The notes beneath the pieces are model-generated. The model saw only the letters and a list, made by a program, of their open reading frames with translations, made no database searches and was not told the DNA's origin. A stretch of DNA of 64,000 bases, from IMG/VR virus record IMGVR_UViG_3300028534_000514, positions 192,001 to 256,000 of that record. One strand, written 5' to 3'. Source of the DNA: a virus. Lineage: Duplodnaviria > Heunggongvirae > Uroviricota > Caudoviricetes. The position numbers and the translations under genes are program-made. Of this stretch, positions 19,935 to 28,802 are shown piece after piece; positions within the stretch are counted from its first letter, which is position 1, and every line of letters starts with the position of its first letter.

Positions 19935-20323
19935 TGATTCTCCATTAAAATATATTCATGCTTATCCGATACCAAAAAACGTTTGCATGTTAATTCATCG
20001 AAATAAATTACAGGTATTTCTTTCGGAAGAACATCCCTAATCATATTTGTAATAATAGTTCCTAGTCTACTAAATTCGCGGAATTCATCAGATGAATGTA
20101 TTTTGGCATACCTATCCGGATAACTTTCTTCGCTATTCCAAAAATCAAATTCCTCGTACATTGCTTGCCACTTATCTATTAATGATTTTAAATATTTTGT
20201 CTCTTTAGACGGCAGATTGAATTTTTCTGATAATTCTTCTATATCGATAGCTGCTCCATCACACCATAAACCATCTGCTAAATAATCACAAAAAACTTCT
20301 ATTTTTTTACATCGACTTTTCAT
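19931..20323 (-). CDS. Hypothetical protein
   Basis: 130 aa, SD gaggt, ATGA overlap with sbcD. Confidence 0.75.
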   Translation of the reverse strand: MKSRCKKIEVFCDYLADGLWCDGAAIDIEELSEKFNLPSKETKYLKSLIDKWQAMYEEFDFWNSEESYPDRYAKIHSSDEFREFSRLGTIITNMIRDVLPKEIPVIYFDELTCKRFLVSDKHEYILMENQ

Positions 20324-20380
20324 TTATATTACCTCATTATTCATATATATACTGTGTTCAAAAAAAATCTAAAAAATAAA

Positions 20381-20410
20381 AAAATAAGAGGGGGAATACC
20401 CCCCCCACTT
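20381..20410 (-). terminator. Probable intrinsic terminator after the E1/E2/JAB operon
   Basis: ggggg-aata-ccccc hairpin followed by a U-rich run on the - strand. Confidence 0.55.
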
Positions 20411-20415
20411 AGTAT

Positions 20416-21924
20416 CTACTTGGGATCTGTTTTGCTCGGTTTAACGCTATCAGCGTAATACATTTCCAAAGCATTATTTGGATATTCACATTCTCTGAAT
20501 AAATTTCTTATTTCGATATCCGTGTATCCTGCTTCTTTCATCGCTGTAGCGATTGAGATAATATCTTCATGGGATGTTGACCCATCAATATCCGGATATT
20601 GCTTCAAATCGATTTTATGTACTCGAAGTTTTCCAAGGGTTTGTGTCTTTCTCCAAGGCGGGCGAGTAAGAATATCTCTTTCTTTTTTTGTGGTTCCACT
20701 TGGAAGACGAGTTTCATCCTCGAAATCATCTTCCACATCATATGCCCAACTCAGATAATCATCATCATCATCCAACTCATTATAATACTCAGTATCATAT
20801 ACATTATAAGTATTTTTTCTGGCCTTATTAGTTTTATCACTTTTGTATTTATTACGGTAATTATAATATGAAACTTCTTGTTCAATCAGTTCTGGATCAA
20901 TGATAAGCATTGGTTCATACTTGAATTCGGATAGAAAAGCGTTAAATATCTCTTTGATTTGTGGATACTCGCCTCCCACCCATTTCTGATCAACTTTATA
21001 TTCGATTTCAGTTTTATCTTCTGATACTCCGCCGAAGAATTCTTCGAATCCAATTCTCTGGACTTCATCCTGGATAATATAACTAATTGTAGGAGTTTCA
21101 AGGTACTGACCTTCAATACCACCATCCTCTAAAGGGGATACAGTAACCCCACGTGTTTCCGTTACTACAATTTTAACGCTTTGGTTATATGGTAGATACA
21201 TAACAGAATCGACCTGAATTTTATCCTCGCATCCAAGGTTTCTAAAGATAACACCTGGTTTTTCAACCTGATTATCTAGATCTGTAGCGGAAAATCCAAA
21301 ATCTCCAGGATGTCGGTGAATACTTCCCATTTCAAGTTCTCTCGCTGTGACCTTAAAACCTTGCGCTTCAAAGAAAGGCAGAGGAAAATGAGCATGAAAT
21401 TCTTTCGCGAGTTCCAGCGAAATTGGAGCAACTTGCTCCGAGATTTCGGCTACCTCATTAAGGTTAAAATCTACGCTGGCCGCAGTAACCTTTTGGGGCA
21501 TATTGAAAAAAACCGTTGGAATGGTAAATACCAATCTTTTATTTGAATTTGGTTTCTCAATAACATATTGTACACCTCTAAAATGTACCTGGAATTCAGA
21601 TGCATTTGCGGCAGGTTTACAAATTCGTGCAATTTCATCGAGTGTGCTCTGATTGTATAAAACAACTGATAGCGTTTCCGGATCTTTACCAACAATCGGC
21701 TTTGTTTTTTTCGACTGCCAAAACGATCTTTTTTTTGTACCAGTTTTTTGAACTTTAGGTTCAGGCTTCCCGATAATCCCCGGTGTTTTGCTTCTTTCTT
21801 TAACGCCAGTCTCAGTACCTTCATTCTTTTTGAATATATCGAACATCTCATCTCCTTGAGTATTTTTTAACTTTTTTGACTCTTTTAACTTTTTTTTCTT
21901 ATCTTTTTTAGATTTTTTGGACAT
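20416..21924 (-). CDS. JAB/MPN+ metallo-isopeptidase
   Basis: Upstream E (SEFQ) and JAMM motif GSIHRHPGDFGFSATD (HxH-x7-S-x2-D). Confidence 0.75.
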   Translation of the reverse strand: MSKKSKKDKKKKLKESKKLKNTQGDEMFDIFKKNEGTETGVKERSKTPGIIGKPEPKVQKTGTKKRSFWQSKKTKPIVGKDPETLSVVLYNQSTLDEIARICKPAANASEFQVHFRGVQYVIEKPNSNKRLVFTIPTVFFNMPQKVTAASVDFNLNEVAEISEQVAPISLELAKEFHAHFPLPFFEAQGFKVTARELEMGSIHRHPGDFGFSATDLDNQVEKPGVIFRNLGCEDKIQVDSVMYLPYNQSVKIVVTETRGVTVSPLEDGGIEGQYLETPTISYIIQDEVQRIGFEEFFGGVSEDKTEIEYKVDQKWVGGEYPQIKEIFNAFLSEFKYEPMLIIDPELIEQEVSYYNYRNKYKSDKTNKARKNTYNVYDTEYYNELDDDDDYLSWAYDVEDDFEDETRLPSGTTKKERDILTRPPWRKTQTLGKLRVHKIDLKQYPDIDGSTSHEDIISIATAMKEAGYTDIEIRNLFRECEYPNNALEMYYADSVKPSKTDPK

Positions 21925-23054
21925 TATGCCTCCTCTAACTCTTTCTTTTTTTCTTCAACTATTACTCCAAAAATATCCGCAGCAACTTTCTTTGAAGCTT
22001 TAATAAACGGAAATACATGCTCTCTTGAAATAACATCACTATAGTACATACTATCTAGATTTACACGCGATAGTGTAAACCAACCCTTTGGGAGAATCGA
22101 ATTTTCGGAACCGGTACATACATTTGAGCTATTACCTGATTCATAAAAGTTTTTAAAACTTCTTTCACCCTCTCTATGACATTGACTAATATTTCCGGTA
22201 ACCATTGGTCCAAGACCAAACCCTCTAATTTCATCATTTGTCGGCTTAGTAATACAAGATAATCCATAATAAGGAGAGAGTGTTCCATCAACAATCAATT
22301 GATGAGGAATGGCCAATGTTTTGATTTTTCCCAAATCTGTTCTACCGGTATCACTTTTATGGATTTGAATAATAGTTTGAATATTTTCGATAAATGGATC
22401 CTCAATAATAGAAGCTACTTCGTGATCACTCACTGAAGCAGTCTGCTTTATAGTAACCGGTTCTTTTACAATCTGAGGGGATAGCCCAAAAAAGTCAGTA
22501 TAATCCTCAATGTATTTCTCGATATATGATGGTTTTTCTGATTTGTCTTTAATGTATCTCAACGCAGAAGGCTTCCACTCAAAAATATGGAGTTTTCCTC
22601 TTTTTGGTAATTCTAGCAAATTTGCCGAAATAAGAAAGGCTACCATCGGATGAAGAGGGTTTATCGCAAAGGAACCACTATCCTTTTGAAGTACTACACC
22701 ATAGACTGATTCTTCTTCAGCCAGCTGCTTCAAAAATGATTCAAGTGGCACGCTTTCATCAAAGGTTACCGTCGTAATATTGGGGTCAATGTACTCACGT
22801 TTAAAATCTTGAAAATACATTGGCGTTTCAAATGTTTTGCTTCCATCATCTTTTGGGTAAAACGTTGGAAAAGTTTGCTCTAAGGGTGAGCACCTCTCAG
22901 AAAATGGAATATAGATATCTCCATTTTCATTAATGAATTGGACAGAATCGTCGACCATGTCTTCGACATTATTACGAACGATCATATCCTTTACTGAATT
23001 TAACAGTGAATAACTCATAACGGAGACCCCACGCATCGAATCATTAAACATCAT
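21924..23054 (-). CDS. Prokaryotic E2-like (UBC-fold) protein, tentative
   Basis: GNIS...SSNVCTG recalls the HPNI...ICLG active-site Cys motif; lies between ThiF and JAB genes. Confidence 0.5.
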   Translation of the reverse strand: MMFNDSMRGVSVMSYSLLNSVKDMIVRNNVEDMVDDSVQFINENGDIYIPFSERCSPLEQTFPTFYPKDDGSKTFETPMYFQDFKREYIDPNITTVTFDESVPLESFLKQLAEEESVYGVVLQKDSGSFAINPLHPMVAFLISANLLELPKRGKLHIFEWKPSALRYIKDKSEKPSYIEKYIEDYTDFFGLSPQIVKEPVTIKQTASVSDHEVASIIEDPFIENIQTIIQIHKSDTGRTDLGKIKTLAIPHQLIVDGTLSPYYGLSCITKPTNDEIRGFGLGPMVTGNISQCHREGERSFKNFYESGNSSNVCTGSENSILPKGWFTLSRVNLDSMYYSDVISREHVFPFIKASKKVAADIFGVIVEEKKKELEEA

Positions 23055-24021
23055 AAACCTCCTTTAAAATCGATGGATTTTCTTCGATATATTTTTTCAT
23101 ATCGAAATCTAAAAGCCTTTGATCTGGCTGATATTCTTCATCACTAGCCAAAACTTTAATGAAAGCAGCAGTAGCCAATTGAAGATTAATTAGGAGTACT
23201 GGGATATCAATCGATCCGTACGTCTCCACAGCTAGACCGGAGATAGATTGTGGACTATAAGTAATATCTACTTCGTAGTCGCTATGTCCGAGAAAAAAGA
23301 ATTTTTTATCGGATAGCATCTGTCTTGTTTCTAGGGTAGGTGCACCGACAAAAATATAATTCTTTTTGTCGAGAAAAGCTGCTGCCTCGCTATCCAACCA
23401 ATCGACAAACATAATAGACTTACGTTCTTTACTGAGCTCACGTTCGGTGCTTAACATACTGATTTTTTTCAGCGTTTTGATATTTGGAACTTCTTTATCA
23501 TATTTTCGAATATAGTCAGGACTATAGTCAAAAACCACTGGTTTTCCCATCCGTAGAAGATTAGTAAAGTCCAAATCATCTTTCTCGAAAATAACAAGCT
23601 TTTCAAATACTTTGGTTTGGCTCAATTCCATCGACCACAGATACATATTGTAAAGCATATTTACCATTGCGCCGCCATAACCGACAACACAAAGCTTTAC
23701 CCCTTTTTCTTTAATTTTTTTAAAATCTTCCTCTGTTGGACGAATGTCCAGTTCATCGAGTAGATGTTGCATTAACGGATCCTCGAATGATGCAGGATTT
23801 CCGCTTTTTCTCGCCGGTACGTTTTTAACTAAAAGGTATGATGACTTTAAGATATTTTCGTTCATCACCCTTAATTTATTTGCTTCGTTTTTTGAAAAAG
23901 GCTCTTTAAAAAATCGATGAATAATTCGATTATCATCGTAAGGTAGTATACTCTCAGTGGAGTATCTCATTCGGATTTCATTATCCAAATAGTCTGTTAA
24001 TTTTTCTTGGTTTTCACTCAT
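23044..24021 (-). CDS. ThiF/E1-like adenylating enzyme
   Basis: LCVVGYGG Rossmann loop, FEKDDLDFTNLLR, downstream K and ETR. Confidence 0.7.
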   Translation of the reverse strand: MSENQEKLTDYLDNEIRMRYSTESILPYDDNRIIHRFFKEPFSKNEANKLRVMNENILKSSYLLVKNVPARKSGNPASFEDPLMQHLLDELDIRPTEEDFKKIKEKGVKLCVVGYGGAMVNMLYNMYLWSMELSQTKVFEKLVIFEKDDLDFTNLLRMGKPVVFDYSPDYIRKYDKEVPNIKTLKKISMLSTERELSKERKSIMFVDWLDSEAAAFLDKKNYIFVGAPTLETRQMLSDKKFFFLGHSDYEVDITYSPQSISGLAVETYGSIDIPVLLINLQLATAAFIKVLASDEEYQPDQRLLDFDMKKYIEENPSILKEVYDV

Positions 24022-24030
24022 CTTTTTCCT

Positions 24031-24126
24031 TTATATAAATGTGATTATTCCAGTATCTTCATCGTCTGAACCATCATATACATATGTACCATGCGATTCG
24101 ATTTGGACTATCTTTGGTAAAAGCAT
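24031..24126 (-). CDS. Small acidic peptide (31 aa) heading the E1/E2/JAB operon
   Basis: SD aaagga + ATG; MLLPKIVQIESHGTYVYDGSDDEDTGIITFI; stop abuts the ThiF SD. Confidence 0.55.
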   Translation of the reverse strand: MLLPKIVQIESHGTYVYDGSDDEDTGIITFI

Positions 24127-24199
24127 ATTATTCCTTTTATTTAAAAATAAATAGAAATAGAAATAAAAATATTTTGATCCAAAATTAGAATCAATGGTA

Positions 24200-24739
24200 T
24201 TAAGATAGTTGTCTTAAATCATTATACCTTGCTAGTCCTTTGATTCCCTCGTATCGGGTGGCGCGATATAACAGATCTATCAATGCCTTATCCTTTTTTT
24301 TATTAGGTGGCAATAATATCCACTCTGGAAAAGGTTTTAAGTCTTCTTTCATGGTAATCGGTTTACCAGATAATAACTTTGAAAGAATCTTTCTTAACCA
24401 TAATCTCGGGATTAAAGATATATTCTCACGTATTACCTCAAAGGCGTATGACGCAATATCCGGCTCCGGGTATATTTTTTCGGGTGGCTTTAATTTGCCT
24501 GTAATTTTGACCCCTACTGGTAAATCTTGTAAGACATCATCTTTTGGATAAAATCCTATCTTACCATTTGATAATCGAATTAAATAACCGGTGATATTAC
24601 CGTCGTCCGAAATTATATTCCCGATTACCATATTTGGAGTATAGAATGATTTTTTAGCCGCTATGGCTGCCTTTTTTAAATCATCTATTACCTTTGTCCA
24701 CCAAATTGGTGGTTGAGATTGTTTGGATTGGGGTTCCAT
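24200..24739 (-). CDS. Hypothetical protein (179 aa, start MEPQSKQ)
   Basis: SD aaagga before ATG 24739; the longer track start runs through the tRNA. Confidence 0.75.
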   Translation of the reverse strand: MEPQSKQSQPPIWWTKVIDDLKKAAIAAKKSFYTPNMVIGNIISDDGNITGYLIRLSNGKIGFYPKDDVLQDLPVGVKITGKLKPPEKIYPEPDIASYAFEVIRENISLIPRLWLRKILSKLLSGKPITMKEDLKPFPEWILLPPNKKKDKALIDLLYRATRYEGIKGLARYNDLRQLS

Positions 24740-24757
24740 ATTTATCCTTTTAAAAAA

Positions 24758-24831
24758 AATTCCGTCCTGGACTTGAACCAGGGTCCTCCCGGCTCTGTAG
24801 CCGGGCGCTCTACCAACTGAGCTAACGGAAT
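24758..24831 (-). tRNA. Atypical tRNA with 8-nt anticodon loop CUACAGAG; Cys(ACA)-like; CCA not encoded
   Basis: Acceptor ATTCCGT/ACGGAAT; D arm GCTC-AGTTGGTA-GAGC; anticodon stem CCCGG/CCGGG; T arm CCTGG-TTCAAGT-CCAGG; U73. Confidence 0.85.
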
Positions 24832-24881
24832 ATTGGTTGCCCATGAAGGGAAATAAAAATCTTTACTTCCCTTCAATCATA

Positions 24882-24892
24882 ATATATTTATA
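24882..24892 (-). promoter_or_regulatory. Putative phage promoter TATAAATATAT
   Basis: Exact 11-mer also at 31936, 45632 and 58658, each just upstream of a - strand unit; here upstream of the tRNA. Confidence 0.55.
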
Positions 24893-24902
24893 GTTTTCTA
24901 AG

Positions 24903-25166
24903 TTATTCTAAAGCACTATCCGATACTTTCCAATCTAAAAGATGTTGTAAATGTTTTTCTTTTTTCTTAATAGTCTGAAATATTACCGTTTCTAAATAAC
25001 TTTCTGGATATGGTAATTTTTTTCTTAAAGTTTTATCAAGATTAACTTTTAAAATGTCAATATCAACTTGAACCTTTTTGATAAGATCGTCAAGTTTCAG
25101 ATTATGCCATTTACAATATTCATCTAAGGAAATTCCATAGATATCATCGTAGGTATAGTTACTCAT
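24903..25166 (-). CDS. Hypothetical protein
   Basis: 87 aa, SD aagga. Confidence 0.7.
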   Translation of the reverse strand: MSNYTYDDIYGISLDEYCKWHNLKLDDLIKKVQVDIDILKVNLDKTLRKKLPYPESYLETVIFQTIKKKEKHLQHLLDWKVSDSALE

Positions 25167-25208
25167 TTATATCCTTTCATTCCAATCATACTAATCATAT
25201 TAATCATA

Positions 25209-26615
25209 CTAATAACTTAAGCCCTTCTTTTGAAGCTCAGGTGTAAGAATTTTTTTTAGTTCTTCCAATTCCTTAATATGAATATCTTCTATCGGCGTTT
25301 TTTCCAAGACTTGTAATTCTTTCTTTCTGTCTTTAATATTATTTAAAAATCTATCGATATTTTCTTGAGTTAATACATACATTTTCATACCTAATAAATA
25401 ATCATAGGAATCTTCAATTTTTTCATAACCCAATTCTTTTAATTCTTTTTCAAGATCTTTTTTCTTGCGCTTGACAATCGTAATCTCTTCATTATTGACT
25501 GCTTCAATAAATTTAACTTTTTCTTCTAAAATTAGAATTTCTTTTCTAAGTTTTTCTAATTGATATTCTTTTCTAATTTCGTAATAGCCTTGTCTTAGAT
25601 GAATAAAGTGTTTTAAATATTCGCCACTCGAATCAAATTTAACTACTGTATTTTTATGATCACCCTCCGGATTTAAAAAAGTAAAATTTTCTACAACTCT
25701 ATCGGTTAATCCTAAAAGTTCAAGCAAATCCTCTTCGGATTTTTTCCATAATTCTGGAGAAACCTTAATAGTGAATTTAAAATTATTTTTAACACAGGAC
25801 TCTGAATAATCTCTAATTAATCCTTTTTCCTGAAAACGTTTTAGTTTTTTGATATATCCTTCACGACTTATTTCTGGTGGAACATCTGTCACCTCAATTA
25901 TATTTCGTTTTTTACTTTTATGCAATTTACCAGTGAGAATCCAAGCACTATTATCAACATGCTCTTTATCATGAATTATGGTTCCTGTATAAAATGGGTA
26001 AGATGGCGGAATATCATCAATCTTATAATTATCCCAATTAGAATTCTTGCGTTTTCTGTATTTAAGAGCGGTTTGCATTTGCTCAATTATGTCAATCGGA
26101 TTTCTTGGTAGGAATTTAGAGGCGAACCCAACTGCGATAGCATTATACCCATTCACTAAACTTATTGGTAAAATAGGTAACATAAATTTAGGTTCAATTA
26201 ATTTTCCTTCAAATTCCTGTTCGGTAAGAATTGGGTTATCTTCCTTTTTAAAGATTGTTCTAGCGGCTTGGCTAAATCTTGTGCTCGTATATCTTGGAGC
26301 AGCGGCTCCTCGAGAGGTTCTATTACCAAAATCTCCTTCTGTTGTTAAAACATTAATATTATTTCCATAGGGTTTAGCCATATTTTCAACAACATTATAA
26401 ATAGACATATCTCCATGAAGATAAGATGTATTATCATAAACTTTTGAATATACCTCTGCTGTTTTGAATTTTTTTGATTCTGGATAATCTGCTAATGTAA
26501 ATAAAATTTTTCTTTGGGTTTGACCCAAAGTATCAATTATATGGGGTAGTCTTTGATAAATTCTATAAACAGCGTATGCAGTATAATCCTCATCAAGAAA
26601 CGTCTTTATGAACAT
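25209..26615 (-). CDS. Type IIA DNA topoisomerase, cleavage subunit (T4 gp52 / GyrA-ParC-like)
   Basis: QRKIL, YLHGD, GDFG and catalytic AAAPRYT, LVNG..IAVGF. Confidence 0.95.
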   Translation of the reverse strand: MFIKTFLDEDYTAYAVYRIYQRLPHIIDTLGQTQRKILFTLADYPESKKFKTAEVYSKVYDNTSYLHGDMSIYNVVENMAKPYGNNINVLTTEGDFGNRTSRGAAAPRYTSTRFSQAARTIFKKEDNPILTEQEFEGKLIEPKFMLPILPISLVNGYNAIAVGFASKFLPRNPIDIIEQMQTALKYRKRKNSNWDNYKIDDIPPSYPFYTGTIIHDKEHVDNSAWILTGKLHKSKKRNIIEVTDVPPEISREGYIKKLKRFQEKGLIRDYSESCVKNNFKFTIKVSPELWKKSEEDLLELLGLTDRVVENFTFLNPEGDHKNTVVKFDSSGEYLKHFIHLRQGYYEIRKEYQLEKLRKEILILEEKVKFIEAVNNEEITIVKRKKKDLEKELKELGYEKIEDSYDYLLGMKMYVLTQENIDRFLNNIKDRKKELQVLEKTPIEDIHIKELEELKKILTPELQKKGLSY

Positions 26616-26775
26616 CTTTTATTCTCCTTTTTAAAGCTTTATAACTTTCATAAGCCCTTCTTAACTGCTGGTCAATCGCCAGTCGATCGGGATACATATC
26701 CGCGGATGAGGCAAGTATTGTAGTAGCCGTCGCTATCCCATCTTGTGACTTAAGCCACTCATTATATGTCATCAT
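26593..26775 (-). CDS. Small hypothetical protein
   Basis: 60 aa, SD aagga; inserted between the topoisomerase subunits. Confidence 0.6.
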   Translation of the reverse strand: MMTYNEWLKSQDGIATATTILASSADMYPDRLAIDQQLRRAYESYKALKRRIKDVHKDVS

Positions 26776-26891
26776 ATTAATAATCCTTTATAATTTATTT
26801 AAATAGTAACCAACTTATGACTTCAGCTACCGTAAATACAGTAAAGCCTACCATCATAAATGACCAAAATGCATTATCTTTTTCTTCCCTA

Positions 26892-28802
26892 TTAAACCTT
26901 ATTGATATCAAAATCTTTAATACGATCGAGGATTTTTCCTTTACGGAAATCAGAGTTATCGGCCAGCCAATTTATCAACTCTTCGATTTCTGCTTTTGGG
27001 TCAGGACTATCCTTAATATGAAGTGGTTGGAGTAAATCCTCTAAATTAAACTGTTTAAATAATTCAGTCCACTCTTCCTCTTCCATTGAGCCCAATCCTT
27101 TTTTATAATCATAAATAAATTTATTTCCTTTTGGATCATATTTTTCTCTAAATGTTTCATATTCTTCCATTGAAAACATAAATTTAATTTCATTCTTTTT
27201 ATTTTTTATGGTAACTAGAGGTGTAATAAATAAAAAGATTTTCCCTCGTTTTAAATACTCGGGTGAATAAGTAAGAAATAGTCCTAGTAAAATTCCAGCA
27301 ATATGAGAACCATCTACATCTCTATCAGAAGCAATTACAATATTTTCGTAACTAAGTTCTGGATTTACATTCGTACTAAGATCTATATCGAGTATAGAAG
27401 CGATCTGTTTGATCTCAGCATTCTTTGCTACCTTAGACCGATCTTTTACAACATTTAATGGTACCCCCTTCAGAGGGAAAAATCCATTATATTCCCTCCC
27501 TAACTCTGCTGTAATCGCTCCAATAGCTGAGTCTCCTTCTGATAAGAATAGATATTTATTACCTTTGATAGCTGGCCAATATTTTTCAGGCGTATCCTGT
27601 TTTTTAGTAGCTTCCTTAAGTTTTTTCTTTTCTTCAATAAGCATTTTAGCATTATAAAGATCGGTAATAGGATCAATAATAGATTTATTTTTATACAGCT
27701 TTGTAGTGAATTTTTCCCAGTCTTTTTTATTTTGCGGGTCATTGAAATTTAAGAAACTTGTGATTTCTTTTTGAGTATTCGTCAAAAATTCTTTTGTCTG
27801 CCCATCAAACTTAGCATTTGGAAAATTTCTAAAGAAAATTACAGTTGATATTTTATTTTTAATATCTCCTGGTTTTATACTTTTATATTTTCTAACAAGT
27901 CTGTTCCTAAGGTCGTCCACAATCTTTCCAGTTAAGAAAGAGACGTGGTTTCCACCCTTTTCAAGCCAAAGACTATTTACATAAGTATGAAATGCGAAAT
28001 CAGCAGCTTCATTAGGAAAAACCCCTATCAGATAGTTATCTTCTTCGATATATTCAAAGGTATCACTAAACATACCCAAGAATTTCTTTGCGTCTAATTT
28101 AACAACTCTCTTATTGAATTTAAAACGTATTTCGGGATATAAAACACTTAAATTTAAAATTCTTTGATGAATTAATGATTTATGAAGTTCATCCATTACT
28201 TCCATTCCAAATCTTTCAAGATCTGGAAAAAAGGAAACGGAAGTCCCCGGATTTGTACCGGGCGGTAGTAATACTGTATCACATGATTCCGAATTATTTT
28301 TAAATTTAACTACCATTTTATTTTTACCGTCATCAGTTGTACCAATAAATCTTTTACTAAAAACTGTTGTCGCAAACGAACCAATCCCATTCATGCCCGC
28401 TGATACACGCTCTTCATCGTCTTCAAAGTTAGAACCGGCCCTTGCTCTACCCCAAGCAATTTCAGGAAGCCATGAACCATCTTCGGTTTTTTCAACAGGT
28501 ATCCCAAATCCATTATCAGATATGACTACTTTTTTATCATCTATTTCTACTGAAATTTCATTAGCAAATTTAAAATCGCTTTTAATAGCGACATCAATAC
28601 TATTATCAAGAATCTCATTAATTATTTTAATTAGTCCCGGAACATATTCATACTCCGTCCATTTAAATTTTTTTTCGTTTGGATCGAAAAGAAACGCTTG
28701 TTGTTTTATGGGCTGGAGGGAGCCGATAATATTATGACCACGTATTAAAAGCCAATCTCGATCGCTTAATTCTTTAATTGCATTAGAATTCTTTTTTGAC
28801 AT
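26892..28802 (-). CDS. Type IIA DNA topoisomerase, ATPase-TOPRIM subunit (gp39+gp60 / GyrB-like)
   Basis: EILDNSID, GMNGIG, EGDSA, PLKG, DRDVDGSHI, KGLG. Confidence 0.95.
   Translation of the reverse strand: MSKKNSNAIKELSDRDWLLIRGHNIIGSLQPIKQQAFLFDPNEKKFKWTEYEYVPGLIKIINEILDNSIDVAIKSDFKFANEISVEIDDKKVVISDNGFGIPVEKTEDGSWLPEIAWGRARAGSNFEDDEERVSAGMNGIGSFATTVFSKRFIGTTDDGKNKMVVKFKNNSESCDTVLLPPGTNPGTSVSFFPDLERFGMEVMDELHKSLIHQRILNLSVLYPEIRFKFNKRVVKLDAKKFLGMFSDTFEYIEEDNYLIGVFPNEAADFAFHTYVNSLWLEKGGNHVSFLTGKIVDDLRNRLVRKYKSIKPGDIKNKISTVIFFRNFPNAKFDGQTKEFLTNTQKEITSFLNFNDPQNKKDWEKFTTKLYKNKSIIDPITDLYNAKMLIEEKKKLKEATKKQDTPEKYWPAIKGNKYLFLSEGDSAIGAITAELGREYNGFFPLKGVPLNVVKDRSKVAKNAEIKQIASILDIDLSTNVNPELSYENIVIASDRDVDGSHIAGILLGLFLTYSPEYLKRGKIFLFITPLVTIKNKKNEIKFMFSMEEYETFREKYDPKGNKFIYDYKKGLGSMEEEEWTELFKQFNLEDLLQPLHIKDSPDPKAEIEELINWLADNSDFRKGKILDRIKDFDINKV

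Noticed and set aside
24740-24844. N-terminal 35 aa of the 214-aa track ORF
   Set aside because: It is the tRNA read as protein; a good SD precedes ATG 24739.
25184-25212. Short tandem aatcata repeats
   Set aside because: Three imperfect copies in AT-rich intergenic DNA; no support for function.
26795-26891. Possible small membrane peptide (…MMVGFTVFTVAEVISWLLFK) after the topoisomerase ATPase gene
   Set aside because: Only about 20 codons from the first ATG and no clear SD; it cannot be supported.
26892-28802. T4 gene 60-type translational bypass in the topoisomerase
   Set aside because: The ATPase and TOPRIM regions are one continuous ORF.
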